A stretch of 64,000 nucleotides of DNA from Eledone cirrhosa (lineage: Eukaryota), in contig OZ024749.1 of assembly GCA_964016885.1 (NCBI GenBank), positions 12,276,001 through 12,340,000 on the forward strand. The letters are read 5' to 3'. This document shows, in pieces, positions 24,978-37,420 of this stretch. Both the position numbers and the translations under genes were made by a program. Each line of letters opens with the position of its first letter. Within the stretch, counting starts at the first letter, position 1. Below the pieces are notes generated by a model, which saw nothing but the letters and a program-made list of their open reading frames with translations, was not told the DNA's origin and did not search any database.

Positions 24978-26641
24978 TGCAACTACAGAATCTACTCAAT
25001 ATAGCAACTAAAATCCCTGCAACTACAGAATCTACTCAATATAGCAACTAAAACCCCTGCAACTACAGAATCTACTCAATATAGCAACTAAAACCCCTGC
25101 AACTACAGAATCTACTCAATATAGCAACTAAAACCCCTGCAACTACAGAATCTACTCAATATAGCAACTAAAATCCCTGCAACTACAGAATCTACTCAAT
25201 ATAGCAACTAAAACCCCTGCAACTACAGAATCTACTCAATATAGCAACTAAAACCCCTGCAACTACAGAATCTACTCAATATAGCAACTAAAACCCCTGC
25301 AACTACAGAATCTACTCAATATAGCAACTAAAACCCCTGCAACTACAGAATCTACTCAATATAGCAACTAAAACCCCTGCAACTACAGAATCTACTCAAT
25401 ATAGCAACTAAAACCCCTGCAACTACAGAATCTACTCAATGTAGCAACTAAAACCCCTGCAACTACAGAATCTACTCAATATAGCAACTAAAACCCCTGC
25501 AACTACAGAATCTACTCAATATAACAACTAAAACCCCTGCAACTACAGAATCTACTCAATGTAGCAACTAAAACCCCTGCAACTACAGAATCTACTCAAT
25601 GTAGCAACTAAAACCCCTGCAACTACAGAATCTACTCAATATAGCAACTAAAACCCCTGCAACTACAGAATCTACTCAATATAGCAACTAAAACCCCTGC
25701 AACTACAGAATCTACTCAATATAGCAACTAAAACCCCTGCAACTACAGAATCTACTCAATATAGCAACTAAAACCCCTGCAACTACAGAATCTACTCAAT
25801 ATAGCAACTAAAACCCCTGCAACTACAGAATCTACTCAATGTAGCAACTAAAACCCCTGCAACTACAGAATCTACTCAATATAGCAACTAAAACCCCTGC
25901 AACTACAGAATCTACTCAATATAGCAACTAAAACCCCTGCAACTACAGAATCTACTCAATATAGCAACTAAAACCCCTGCAACTACAGAATCTACTCAAT
26001 ATAGCAACTAAAACCCCTGCAACTACAGAATCTACTCAATATAGCAACTAAAACCCCTGCAACTACAGAATCTACTCAATATAGCAACTAAAACCCCTGC
26101 AACTACAGAATCTACTCAATATAGCAACTAAAACCCCTGCAACTACAGAATCTACTCAATATAGCAACTAAAATCCCTGCAACTACAGAATCTACTCAAT
26201 ATAGCAACTAAAACCCCTGCAACTACAGAATCTACTCAATATAGCAACTAAAACCCCTGCAACTACAGAATCTACTCAATGTAGCAACTACAGAATCTAC
26301 TCAATATAACAACTAAAACCCCTGCAACTACAGAATCTACTCAATGTAGCAACTAAAACCCCTGCAACTACAGAATCTACTCAATGTAGCAACTAAAACC
26401 CCTGCAACTACAGAATCTACTCAATATAGCAACTAAAACCCCTGCAACTACAGAATCTACTCAATATAGCAACTAAAACCCCTGCAACTACAGAATCTAC
26501 TCAATATAGCAACTAAAACCCCTGCAACTACAGAATCTACTCAATATAGCAACTAAAACCCCTGCAACTACAGAATCTACTCAATATAGCAACTAAAACC
26601 CCTGCAACTACAGAATCTACTCAATGTAGCAACTAAAATCC
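24978..26641. repeat. 40-bp minisatellite, about 41 copies
   Basis: Unit aactacagaatctactcaatatagcaactaaaacccctgc, highly homogeneous. Confidence 0.97.
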
Positions 26642-26669
26642 CACCATCATCACCATAATAATAATGATA

Positions 26670-27720
26670 ATAATAAAAATATGCTACAGATCTCATGCTG
26701 GACAGACTGAGGAAACTGTTGCAACTGGTTGCTGCTAAGCATATAAAATTAATGGCAAAACCCAAAAAGCAAGAGCAATTAGTATCAAAGTGGGTGCAGA
26801 GTCCTCTGCATGGAAAATATGTAGCCCATAGCAAACAAGTTGATGTTGACCAAAAGCATACCCATCAGTGGCTATGTAGTTCAGGGCTAAAAGCAGAGAG
26901 CGAAGGCTTCATCTTAGCTGCCCAAGATCAAAGCTTACTGACATGGAATTACCAGGCCAATGGGATGAGAAATGGAGTAAATCCAAAGTGTTGATTCTGC
27001 AATGTTGAGGTTGAAATAATGGACCACCTAGTTTCTGGATGTAAAGTTTTAGCCCCAGTAGAGTACAAATCTAGACATGACAGAGTTGGCCAATATTTAC
27101 ACCGGGTAATATGTCAGCATTTTATAATCAAAGCTGCTGACAAGTGGTACAATCGTCACCCTGAGGCTGTAACTGAAGGAGAAAAAGTAACAATTCTTTG
27201 GGACTTTCCTGTACATACTGACCAGACCATAAAAGCTAATAGACCAGATATCAGTGTAAAAGACCAACATAGCAAGGTCTATTTATTGATTGATATGAGC
27301 ATCCCATGTAATTACAATATCATGGCAAAAGAATTCGACAAGCTAAGAAAATATAAAGATATGCTTATTGAAATTGAAAAAATGTGGCACCTCAAGGCTG
27401 TTACAATACCAGTTATTGTGGGAGCACTGGGAATGATCAAGAAAGGAACAGAACAGTATTTGAGGATGATTACTGGTTTAACCTCTCTGCAAGAGGTGCA
27501 AAAAATTGTTTTGGCTGGTACTGCACATGTATTGAGAAGAGCACTATCCCTGTGAGAATGATAACCCTCTGTAAGAATGATAAGCTGTAAATTATATTTA
27601 ATATGGTGTATTAACTGGCTTACCAATATATACAATGAATTTATTTGCTCTAGGTGTCAGGAAGACACTCGGCATATATCAGAAACAATACTGAAGGAAA
27701 GGAAAAACAATAAAATAATA
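26670..27720 (+). mobile_element. R4/Dong-clade LINE 3' fragment in (taa)n
   Basis: LKAESEGFILAAQDQ, HLVSGC, RHDRV, ILWDF, NRPDI, KLRKYKD. Confidence 0.88.
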
Positions 27721-27732
27721 ATAATAATAATT

Positions 27733-28185
27733 TTGAAGGACTTTAAAAAGAGGGTGTGCCTGCTAATTGATATGTCCATTCCAATAGACAAGAATGTATC
27801 TATAAAAACATTTGAAAAATTGAGCAAGTATAAAGACCTGGAGATAGAAATTGGAAAAATGTGGAAGTTGAGAACTAAAACAATACCAGTGGTTGTAGGC
27901 GCTCTAGGAATGATACCTAAGGGGTCTAATGATTACTTATCCCAAATCCCAGGAAACCCGCGTATAGAAGAAATACAAAAGATAGTACTAATGGAAACTG
28001 CCCATATAGTAAGGAAGATTCTGTCAATATAAATACATCACAAGTCTAAACACCTAAAGATGCATGTGTGTGTTTGTGTTCTTTCTTGAACATCTTGGAC
28101 CTTGTTGTCTCTTGAGGTCACTGGTTGTGACTTGGTGATAACTCGTATGAACATAAGGCAAGATAAATGAAAAAAAAAAAAAAAA
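27733..28185 (+). mobile_element. Second R4/Dong-clade 3' fragment in (taa)n
   Basis: LLIDMSIP..EKLSKYKDLEIEI..IPVVVGALG, followed by a 3'UTR and poly(A)/(taa)n. Confidence 0.85.
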
Positions 28186-28375
28186 ATAATAATTGTTTCT
28201 ACTTTTGGCACAAAGCCAGCAATTATCCGAGTGCATTACTGGTACTTTATTTTATCAACCCCTTAAGGATGAAAGGCAAAGTTAACCTCGGTGGGATTTG
28301 AACTCAGATCATAAAGGGCCGTAACTCTATGCTGCAAAGCATAGTGTCCAACCCTCTACCGATACTGCCAATAAT
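28186..28375 (-). mobile_element. SINE family B copy
   Basis: Homologous to 4873-5067, in a (taa)n tract. Confidence 0.85.
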
Positions 28376-28425
28376 AATAAACCCATATTTCTTGCAGGGA
28401 TTGAATATCCAAGTTATTAACTTAC

Positions 28426-28524
28426 TTCAGTTTCTTTAGGGTCTACGATTACATCCTTAGTAAATTTAACAAGGACAAGGTTTTTCAATTTCAGCAAGTT
28501 TGTCCTATAGGATGAAATGTTTCT
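28426..28524 (-). CDS. PPT1: PPT1 exon 7 (99 nt), catalytic Asp
   Basis: catttcag|AGAAAC...ACTGAA|gtaagt. Translates RNISSYRTNLLKLKNLVLVKFTKDVIVDPKETE (VDP motif). Confidence 0.95.
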
Positions 28525-28539
28525 CTGAAATGGAAGAAA

Positions 28540-29290
28540 GAAACTGATATATTAACTGTTTATTGACACAAAGAAGGACATACAGCTGTAGAAAACTGAT
28601 ATATTAACTGTTTATTGACATAAAGAAGGCCATATACCTGTAGAAAACTGATATATTAACTGTTTATTGACATAAGGAAGGACATATACCAGTAGAAAAC
28701 TGATATATTAACTGTTTATTGACATAAGGAAGGACATATACCAGTAGAAAACTGATATATTAACTATTTATTGACATAAGGAAGGACATATACCAGTAGA
28801 AAACTGATATATTAACAGTTTATTGACATAAGGAAGGACATATACCAGTAGAAAACTGATATATTAACTGTTTATTGACATAAGGAAGGACATATACCAG
28901 TAGAAAACTGATATATTAACTGTTTATTGACATAAGGAAGGACATATACCAGTAGAAAACTGATATATTAACTGTTTATTGACATAAGGAAGGACATATA
29001 CCAGTAGAAAACTGATATATTAACTGTTTATTGACATAAGGAAGGACATACATCTGTAGAAAACTGATATATTAACTGTTTATTGACATAAGGAAGGACA
29101 TATACCAGTAGAAAACTGATATATTAACTGTTTATTGACATAAGGAAGGACATACATCTGTAGAAAACTGATATATTAACTGTTTATTGACATAGAAAAC
29201 CAAGCACTGAATTCTTTATAACTTGATAGCCTGTCTAACCTATGCAGGCATAGAAAAGATAGATTAAACGATGATGGTGATGATAATTAT
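28540..29290 (+). repeat. 52-bp minisatellite (about 12 copies) inside an RTE-tail remnant
   Basis: Unit gtagaaaactgatatattaactgtttattgacataaggaaggacatatacca, followed by the tail end ctgtctaacctatgcaggcatagaaaag..(gat)n. Confidence 0.9.
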
Positions 29291-29760
29291 TTTGATGACG
29301 ATGATGGTGATGATAATTATTTTGATGACGACGATGATGCTGATCTGTTTTTTTCTTGTTTACTGTTTAGTTAGAGAAGGGAAGTGCCTAAAAGGGAAGG
29401 AAGGAGGGTAGAAACCAAATAACTGACCTAAATGTTTGCGGAGTGGACTCTGATAAAAACAGCCAAAGAAGGGCCAGGTGGGATTGTTAAACTTGGTTAA
29501 GCCTACCAAATTAGACTTTCACTTGGAAGAAGAAGAACCACCCCCACCCTCACCACCACCACCACCACAACCACCCATCTCTCTCTCTCTATATATATAT
29601 ACACAAATGCACCCAAATCATAAGGAGCTCCAGAGATTGACTAATGAGAAGGGACTGTCTTATGTTTCATCTGTTGTCTTTGCCGACCCTTTTTAAAATT
29701 AATTTTATAAGATCTTAGCTGTGCAGGACATTCTTTCAAATTTATATATATATATATATA

Positions 29761-29950
29761 TAATTGTTTCTACTTTTTGGCACAAGGCCAGCAATTATCC
29801 CAGTGCATTATTGGTACTTTATTTTATTGACCCCGTAAGGATGAAAGGCAAGTTAACCTCGGCGGGATTTGAACTCAGACTGTAAAGGGCCATAACTCTG
29901 TGCTGGAAAGCATGGCGTACGACCTTCCACTACGTCTGTCAATCCACGAA
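29761..29950 (-). mobile_element. SINE family B copy
   Basis: Homologous to 4873-5067. Confidence 0.85.
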
Positions 29951-30059
29951 TATAATATAATATAATTAGTTACAACATTGACATATACAGGTTCTTAAGT
30001 TTCGTTGGATTATACACCCCAACTCATTCAGCCTGTTATATAAACAAAGAGGGGGCGGG

Positions 30060-30405
30060 TATCAGCTCTCACCACCTCCACCCATGTTTTTCCTTAGTCT
30101 TCTTCTACAGTTTCCTACCATTTCTTCACCCAGTGACCATCATCCATGTGCAACACATGTTCATACCAGTGCAGTCTTTTCTCTTGCACACAATTCATTC
30201 CTCTTGTATCCCGTTTTTCTCTCAGTTCATCCATGCTTTGTTATTCACATATAATAACATTACACATCGATCGAAGCATGCTTGCTTCATTTCTCTCCAG
30301 CCTTCACATATCCTTTGCATTAATCACTACCGGTGTCTATTATGCAACAGTGCACTTCACATCATACAGCTGGCCTTTTGTTCGTAGGGAGAAACCTTTT
30401 GAAAG
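30060..30405 (-). mobile_element. RTE LINE 3' ORF2 fragment (old)
   Basis: Homologous to the RTE ORF2 C-terminus (LERNEASMLR, RLHWY). Confidence 0.65.
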
Positions 30406-30502
30406 TCTTTCAGCTACAATACCTAGAGATGATAAAACAGTATAAAATAGGAATTAAGACTCACTATCAGAATATTCACTATAGTTTCTATTGTGTACGT
30501 CC

Positions 30503-31115
30503 ATTAATCTTTCTGTGACAATATTTCTAATGAAAGACACTGCCTATGTCTTTAACCCTTTCTTTACCATATATCTAATGAAAGATACTGCCTATGTCAT
30601 TAACCCTTTTGTTACCATATTTCTAATGAAAGACACAGTCTATGTCTTTAACCCTTTCTTTACCATATTTCTAATGAAAGACACTGTCTATGTCATTAAC
30701 CCTTTCATTACAATATTTCTAATGAAATATACTATCTATGTCATTAACCCTTTCATTACCATATTTCTAATGAAATATACTGCCTATGTCATTAACACTT
30801 TCATTACTGTATTTCTAATGAAAGACACTGTCTATGTCATTAAACCTTTCTTTATCATATTTCTAGTGAAAGATATTGTCTATGTCATTAACCCTTTCTT
30901 TACCATATTTCTAATGAAAGACACTGCCTATGTCATTAAACCTTTCTTTACCATATTTCTAATGAAAGATACTACCTATGATTTTCAAATACTTTTGAAA
31001 ATAATCCAGAATTTGGAGGAATTTAGTAACATAACTAACCTTCTCATTATTAAGTTGGTGTTTAGAGCATAGTTAAAGATTCTTACATAAAATTATGATG
31101 GAAGATGTTTTTAAA
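30503..31115. repeat. 48-bp minisatellite (about 10 copies) amplified from a TTAA-MITE end
   Basis: Unit ttaaccctttctttaccatatttctaatgaaagacactgcctatgtca, then continues into a MITE body (ttttgaaaataat..gaatttagtaa). A related fragment lies at about 17935-18045. Confidence 0.85.
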
Positions 31116-31149
31116 GATTTGAGTGCAGAATGTAAAGAACTGGGACTAA

Positions 31150-31355
31150 AAATGGTTTTTGATTTAGGCACAAGGCCAACGATTTTTGGCGGTAAAAGTC
31201 AATTAAATTGACCCAGTGCGTTACTGGTACTTTAGCGACCTCGTAAGGATAAAAGGCAAAGCTAACTTCAGTGAGATTTGAACATAAAAGGATGTAACTA
31301 TATGCCACAAAGTATGTTTTCCAAAGCTCTACTGATTCGGCCAATCTACCACCTT
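31150..31355 (-). mobile_element. SINE family B copy (older)
   Basis: Diverged homology to SINE B. Confidence 0.7.
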
Positions 31356-31386
31356 GCAATATGACAAATAATAAAGACATACCAAC

Positions 31387-31477
31387 CTTTTCTAAATTGA
31401 TGTCAGCCAAGAAAATACTCTTTTCCCTATACAATTCTTCATTGAGAGGGTCATGCCAATATTCAGCTTGGACTAGA
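31387..31477 (-). CDS. PPT1: PPT1 exon 6 (91 nt)
   Basis: tatttcag|TCTAG...GAAAAG|gttggt. Translates [30 protein letters not shown]. Confidence 0.96.
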
Positions 31478-31557
31478 CTGAAATACAAACAAATTCATCA
31501 GATCAAATAATTAGAGCAGTAATATATGTTCTACAACTGAAGATGTAATATATATAT

Positions 31558-34295
31558 AAGCTTTTCTGGGTAGGAAATGATGATGAGTTAGGTGGGGTAG
31601 GCATTTTACTGGCCAAGAGGTGGATCAATAAGACAATAGAGGTAGTTTGAGTCAGTCATAGAATAATTAAGCTTAGATTAGTTGTAGGCAAGAGATTGCT
31701 GACAATTATCTCTACCTATGCTCCCCAAGCAGGCCTAGGTAAAGAAGAGGACTGCTTTTACGAGCAACTTCTAGAGACAACCACAATGACAGGGGACAGA
31801 GACCTAGTTATACTAGCAGGTGACTTCAATAGTCATGTTGGTCAGCTCCAGGATGTATACACTGGGGTACATGGAGGTCATGGTTATGGCTCAAGAAACA
31901 AAGGAGTTAGGCTTCTTGAATTTTATGATGTAAGTGCACTAACCATTTGCAACACTAACTTCAAGAAACCTAGCAATCAGGCGAGCACATAAGCCAGATT
32001 GACTTCTTGCTAGTTAGTAGGCAATGAGACAGATAGATGGTGTCAAATACTAAGGCATACCCTGGGGAAGAATGTACCCCCAACATAAGTTAGTTGTTAG
32101 TGACATCTCAATAAGCAAGAGACAAAATGAGACACACAGGAAGGTTTAGAAAAGAAATGTCTGGAAGCTAAAAGACCTTTCACTAAAATATAAATTTAGG
32201 AAAGCCCTTCAAGATGTGTATGATGAAAAAAGATGAATTAGAATTGTATGACATAGATGATAACTGGAATTTCTTACGTGACAACTTACTGCAGGCTACT
32301 GAAGAGACTTGTGGCTTGAGTAAAGCTCCAACCAGACAGAGGGTGATGTGGTGTGGAACAGGACGGTAGATAGAGCCATTAAAGACAAAAGACTAGCATG
32401 GAAGGCTTGGAAAAATGGTGGGAGTAGAGACTGATACTCAGCAACTAAAAGAGAGATTAGACGTCAGGTGTACTTAGCATGCAGGGAGGCTGAGAGTAGA
32501 AGGTTTGCCAATGTTCTGCGACGAGAAGATCAGAGACGTGCAGTGTTCCGCATTGCAAGGCAGTGTGTCAGTGTAAATCAGGATGTTGTTGGAGATAATT
32601 TTGTCCAAAATGATGCTGGTGCACAGAGACTGATGAATGTTGAGAATGAATGGGAGAGAGAGAAACTATCCCCATTAGACCCAACAGAGGGACCAGCTAT
32701 TGAGATTGACGACTATAGGGTCAAAGAGGCAAATAAGGAAATGAAAAGTGGTGATGGCCGCTGGACTGTCAGGGATAGTTGCTGAGATGCTGGAGGCATC
32801 CGGAGAAGTAGGAAGTAAACTGGTTGCACGCATTGTCAATTAAGCTATATATGGTGGAGTCACACCCAAAGACTGGTGCAGCAGTATTCTTATAAATTGC
32901 TAAAAAGGTAAAGGAGATGCTCTGGAGAAAAGCAATTATAAAGGCATAAAACTGATGGATGAGGTTATGAAAGTGACAGAAAGAATGCTAGCACAACTAA
33001 TTAGAGAAAGGGTCAAATTAGATGAGTTTGGTTTTGTGCCTGGGAAAAGTACAACAGATGCCCTCTTCTTAATGAGACAACTAAAGAGTGGTTCTTAGAG
33101 AAAATAAGCCACTATACTTAGCTTTTGTTGACCTAGAGAAGGCCATCATCTGGTGGTACCTAAGGAAATTAGGTGTAGAAGAATGGCTTATGAGGACAAT
33201 GCAAGCTATGTACAGAGGTGCTGTCAGTAAAATGAGAGTAAGAATGGAGTTTAGTGAGGAATTCTAGATACAAGTAGGAGTTCATCAGGTTTCAGTCCTC
33301 AGCTCACTCTTATTCATTATAGTTCTCCAAGCCATAACAAAGGAGTTTAAGACTGGCTGCCTATGGGAACCTCTCAGAATCAGTAGAGGAGCTAGAGAAT
33401 AAATTCTGGCTATGGAAACAGCAATTAGAATCAAGAGGACTGAGAATGAACCTAGTTAAGACTAAAGTGTTGATAAGTAGAAAAGAGGACAAAATTCTTA
33501 TTCCATCAGGGAAATGGCCATGTTCGATATATAGAAAAGGAGTTGGCACAAATTCTATAGAATGTACACAATGCAAATCTTGGGTACACAAGAGATGTAG
33601 TGGGATAGCAGGCAAACTAACAAGAAGGGAACACTTCATATGCAGTAGATGTTCAGGGAAATTTGATAATAAAAGTGTCAGTGATAGACACATTTTTCAA
33701 ATGCAGGTAGGATCTACAGAGGTGGTTGATAGCTTCCAATATCTAGGTGATCAGATTAGCAAGGGCGGAGGGTGCTCCAATGCCATAGTATCTAGAATAA
33801 GGACAGGTTGGAAAAAGTTTAGGGAGCTGCTTCCTCTGTTGACAAAGAAGGGTTTCTTCTTACAAATGAAAGGCCGGTTATATGATGCCTGTGTGAGATG
33901 TGCGATGGCTGGTGAGAAATGAAGCAAGCATGCTATGTTGGATGTGCAATGTCAATGTGTGTGAACGATCAAGTATAGATGAGTTGAGAGAGAAACTGTA
34001 TAAGTGGGATAAGCTGTAGTGTGTGAGAGAGAAGACTATGTTGGTATGGACATGCGATGCACATGGAGGATGACTGCTGGGTAAAGAAGTGCCAAGAAAT
34101 CTCAGTGGAAGGAAGATGCAGAAGAGGAAGACCATGAAAATCATGGGTGGAGGTGGTGAGAGCTAACCTCAGATTGCTGAAGCTCACAGAGGAGATGACG
34201 AAGGACCGTGACGAATGGAGAGATGTTGTGCTGAATAGGACCCGTCCCACCCTTGCAAGCAGGGAAAGGCAGACATAAGATGATGATGATAATGA
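31558..34295 (+). mobile_element. RTE LINE, 5'-truncated (APE endonuclease + RT + PHD-like finger), degenerate
   Basis: YAPQAG and LAGDFNSHVG endonuclease motifs, LAFVDLEKA, and GKWPCSIYRKGVGTNSIECTQCKSWVHKRC. Many stops. Confidence 0.9.
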
Positions 34296-34574
34296 TGATA
34301 TATGTGATAGGGTGATATATATACCTACATGTGTGACAGGCTTATATAATATACATACATGTGTGACAGGGTGATATATAAACATACATATGTGAGAAGG
34401 TGATATATACATACATGTGTGACAGGCTTATATAATATACATACATGTGTGACAGGGTGATATATATATACATGCGTGAGAAGGTAATATATATTTATGT
34501 GTCATATAGTCATATGTGTCATATACTTTAATACAGGAAAGAATTTTATTTTAAAATAAAAAGAAGGTACTTAC

Positions 34575-34589
34575 TGCTCTTGAACAAAA
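34575..34589 (-). CDS. PPT1: PPT1 exon 5b, 15-nt microexon
   Basis: tttgtttgttttgttttacag|TTTTGTTCAAGAGCA|gtaagt, phase 2-2. Gives AYES-FVQEH-LVQAEY, homologous to vertebrate AYSKVVQERLVQAEY, and supplies exactly the missing 15 nt. Confidence 0.88.
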
Positions 34590-35008
34590 CTGTAAAACAA
34601 AACAAACAAACAGTTATTAAGTTATATTTCCTTAGTTTTAAGATTTCTTTATATTTGAAGGAAATAGAGCTGATTGTCAGATCAAACCAAAGGAACAATG
34701 TTTTCATTGTTGATACCATCTGTCAGTTGCAACACCTGACAGAAGAAATGGAGATGATTGTCAGATCAGACCAAGGAAATAATGTTTCCATTGGTCTTTC
34801 CATTGTTGATCTGTCAGTTACAGAAGGAAACAGAATTTGAGCTAAGGATGCACAGAGTGAGATCAGGTACCACAAAGCATTCTGCCTGATTCTCTAACAA
34901 TTCCACCAATCCACTGCCCCTGGGTCCGGTACTTTATCTATTTTGAAAAGATGTTAGGCAAAGTTGACCATAGTGAGATTTAAACAGAGTATGAAGAACT
35001 GGAACACC

Positions 35009-35356
35009 TTAACCCTTTAGCATTCACATTACTCTATATATACTATTGTATTTTCATGGTAAAGGCTTTACCTCACATAATATTTACATTACTCTATATA
35101 TACTATTGTATTTTCATGGTAAAGGCTTTACCTCACATAATATTTACATTACTCTATATATACTATTGTATTTTCATGGTAAAGGCTTTACCTCACATAA
35201 TTATCTCACATAATATCGAATCTATGAGATTTTGAAAGTATTTATTTTGAGAACAATACCTTAACATCAGTTTGAGCGACCAGTTACAGCCAGTTTCAGC
35301 AGAAAGAGGTAGAATATTCTGGCCAGTTTTGGCCGGTTTGAACATTAAAGGGTTAA
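35009..35356. mobile_element. TTAA-target MITE, 3 internal 60-bp units
   Basis: TTAACCCTTTA...TAAAGGGTTAA, with a 60-bp triplication. Confidence 0.88.
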
Positions 35357-35711
35357 ATACTGTCAATTTAAATGTTAAACCTTACATTTACATCATCATA
35401 ATGTGCATGCATGTGTAGGACAGGTTGTTACAGATAAAGTCAGTACTTTAATTAAAGCTAATGTTCCTTTAGATGGGCTGAAGGCGGGGGTGGGGGCTAA
35501 GGGCACACCCTGTTTACACATGTTCTAGTTGTAACATGGTTTCTACAGTTGGATGCTAACCACTTTACAGAGTGTAGTGGGACCATCTTATTGTAGCACT
35601 AAAACTATGGAGGTTGTCATATCCAGGACATGACATGACTGAAAAATCCCCTGAACCTTTTTGAGGCATAGTTTCTACATCTGGGTGCCCTTCCTAATAT
35701 CACCCACTTTA

Positions 35712-36061
35712 CATCATCATCATCATCATTATTTCATTTTACGTCTGCTTTTTCCCTGCTTGCAAGGGTGGGACGGGAACTGATTCTGGCTTGATTTCTA
35801 CAGCTGGATGCCCTTCCTAACACCAACCTCATTTACAGTGAGTGCTGGGTGCTTTTTTGCCGTGGCACCTCCACAACCACTTTGCAGAGGAATGATATGG
35901 ACCCCAGTCCCTATCATCTCATTTCTACAGCTGAGTAAACTGGAGCAATGTGAAATAAAGTGTCTTGCTCAAGGAAACAACACATCACCCGGTCTGAGAA
36001 TTGAACTCACAACCTTTCGATTGCAAGGCCAATGCTCTAACCACTAAGCCATGTGCCTCCA
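35712..36061 (-). mobile_element. SINE family A copy (intron between exons 5a and 5b)
   Basis: Reverse complement of the 38292-38633 copy with few substitutions. Confidence 0.9.
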
Positions 36062-36374
36062 TATGAATATATAAATTTCAAGATGCATTCAATCGTACAA
36101 CAACACATAACATTTCACATGCTAAAGCAGGTGTAATTTAGCAGTTCAACAAATTGAAACCTATAAAATAGGTTAACAGACTTCAAAATTTACAGAGGGT
36201 CAATATAATTGAGAAAAACCTTTGAAATAGGTCACCAGCATAGTGAGAGCCCTATAACTAAATATGGAGAGGTTTAAAGTAAACTGGTGGAACAGGGAAC
36301 TACAGGGACCTAGAAGTAGACTAACAAATAGATAAATGATAAAAACTGTATAAACATGATATTATTTACAGTAA

Positions 36375-36985
36375 CAACAATAATAATTGTTTCTACTTTT
36401 GGCACAAGGCCAGCAATTACCCAGTGTATTACTGGTACTTTATTTTATCGACCCCGTAAGGATGAAAGGCAAAGTGAACCTCAGTGGGATTTGAACTCAG
36501 ACCGTAAAGGGACGTAACTCTATGCTGCAAAGCATGACGTCCGACTCTCTACCAATACTGCCAATCCACCACCCTGTAACAACATTAATAATAATAATTG
36601 TTTCTACTTTTGGCACATAATAATAATAATGGTTTCTTATTTAGGCACAAGGCCAGCAATTTTGGGTGAAGGGAAAGTCGATTAAGTCGACCCCAGTGTG
36701 TGACTGGTACTTTATTTTATCGACCCCGTAAGGATGGAAGGCAAAGTTAACCACGGTGGGATTTGAACTCAGATCATAAAGGGCCATAACTCTTTGCTGC
36801 AAAGCATGGCGTCCGGCCCTCTACTGATACTGCACGCTCCTCCCCCCCTTTTTTTTCTCAGACAAATGCCTCTAAATACATCAGTTAAACAGTTTGACTC
36901 AACTTCGAAAGTAATAATAATAATAATAATTGTTTCTACTTTTGGCACAAGGCCAACAATCACCCAGTGCATTACTGGTAGTTTA
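36375..36985 (-). mobile_element. Cluster of SINE family B copies and fragments in (taa)n tracts
   Basis: Two near-full copies (about 36380-36575 and 36625-36835) plus two truncated 3' ends. Confidence 0.85.
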
Positions 36986-36989
36986 TTTG

Positions 36990-37420
36990 GGAAGGGATGG
37001 CAAGAGCTCTGATGTCGCAGAAGAGAGGGGAGGGGTGAAGGGGTGGGTGATTGGGCTTTGGGCCTAGGGCAAGAGGGCAGAAATGCTGCGCCCCACTGAT
37101 AAGACGGCAAAAGCATTCCTCTGGACAATGGCCAGTGACACCCGCTGCAACAGCCACCCAACCTCGTGGGGCTCCCTCCTCAGACGGGCCGCCGACGTTC
37201 CAATCTTGCGGAGGAGCTCAGCAGTACGGGGTCCAAGTACACCTGAGGTCTTGATGGTGACCAGTGTGAAGAGTAAGCAGCCAGACAAACCCCGGTATTT
37301 GTTTACAAGTTGGAGGTGGAGAATGTGTCACAGTAGGTGGCATCCCAGATGAGGGATCTACCTCCTTCGAATGAGAAGAGGGTGATTCCATTGAGGTGCT
37401 TGCCATCTCCAAGCCTTGCA
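36990..37420 (-). mobile_element. CRE-clade LINE 3' fragment (RLE domain)
   Basis: LIWDAT..DT, TSGVLGPRT, WLLQRVSLAIVQRNA. Confidence 0.75.

Noticed and set aside
35808-36047. Recurrent 60-79 aa ORF (..LEQCEIKCLAQGNNTSP..) as a gene family
   Set aside because: It is the antisense frame of SINE A and recurs only because the SINE does.
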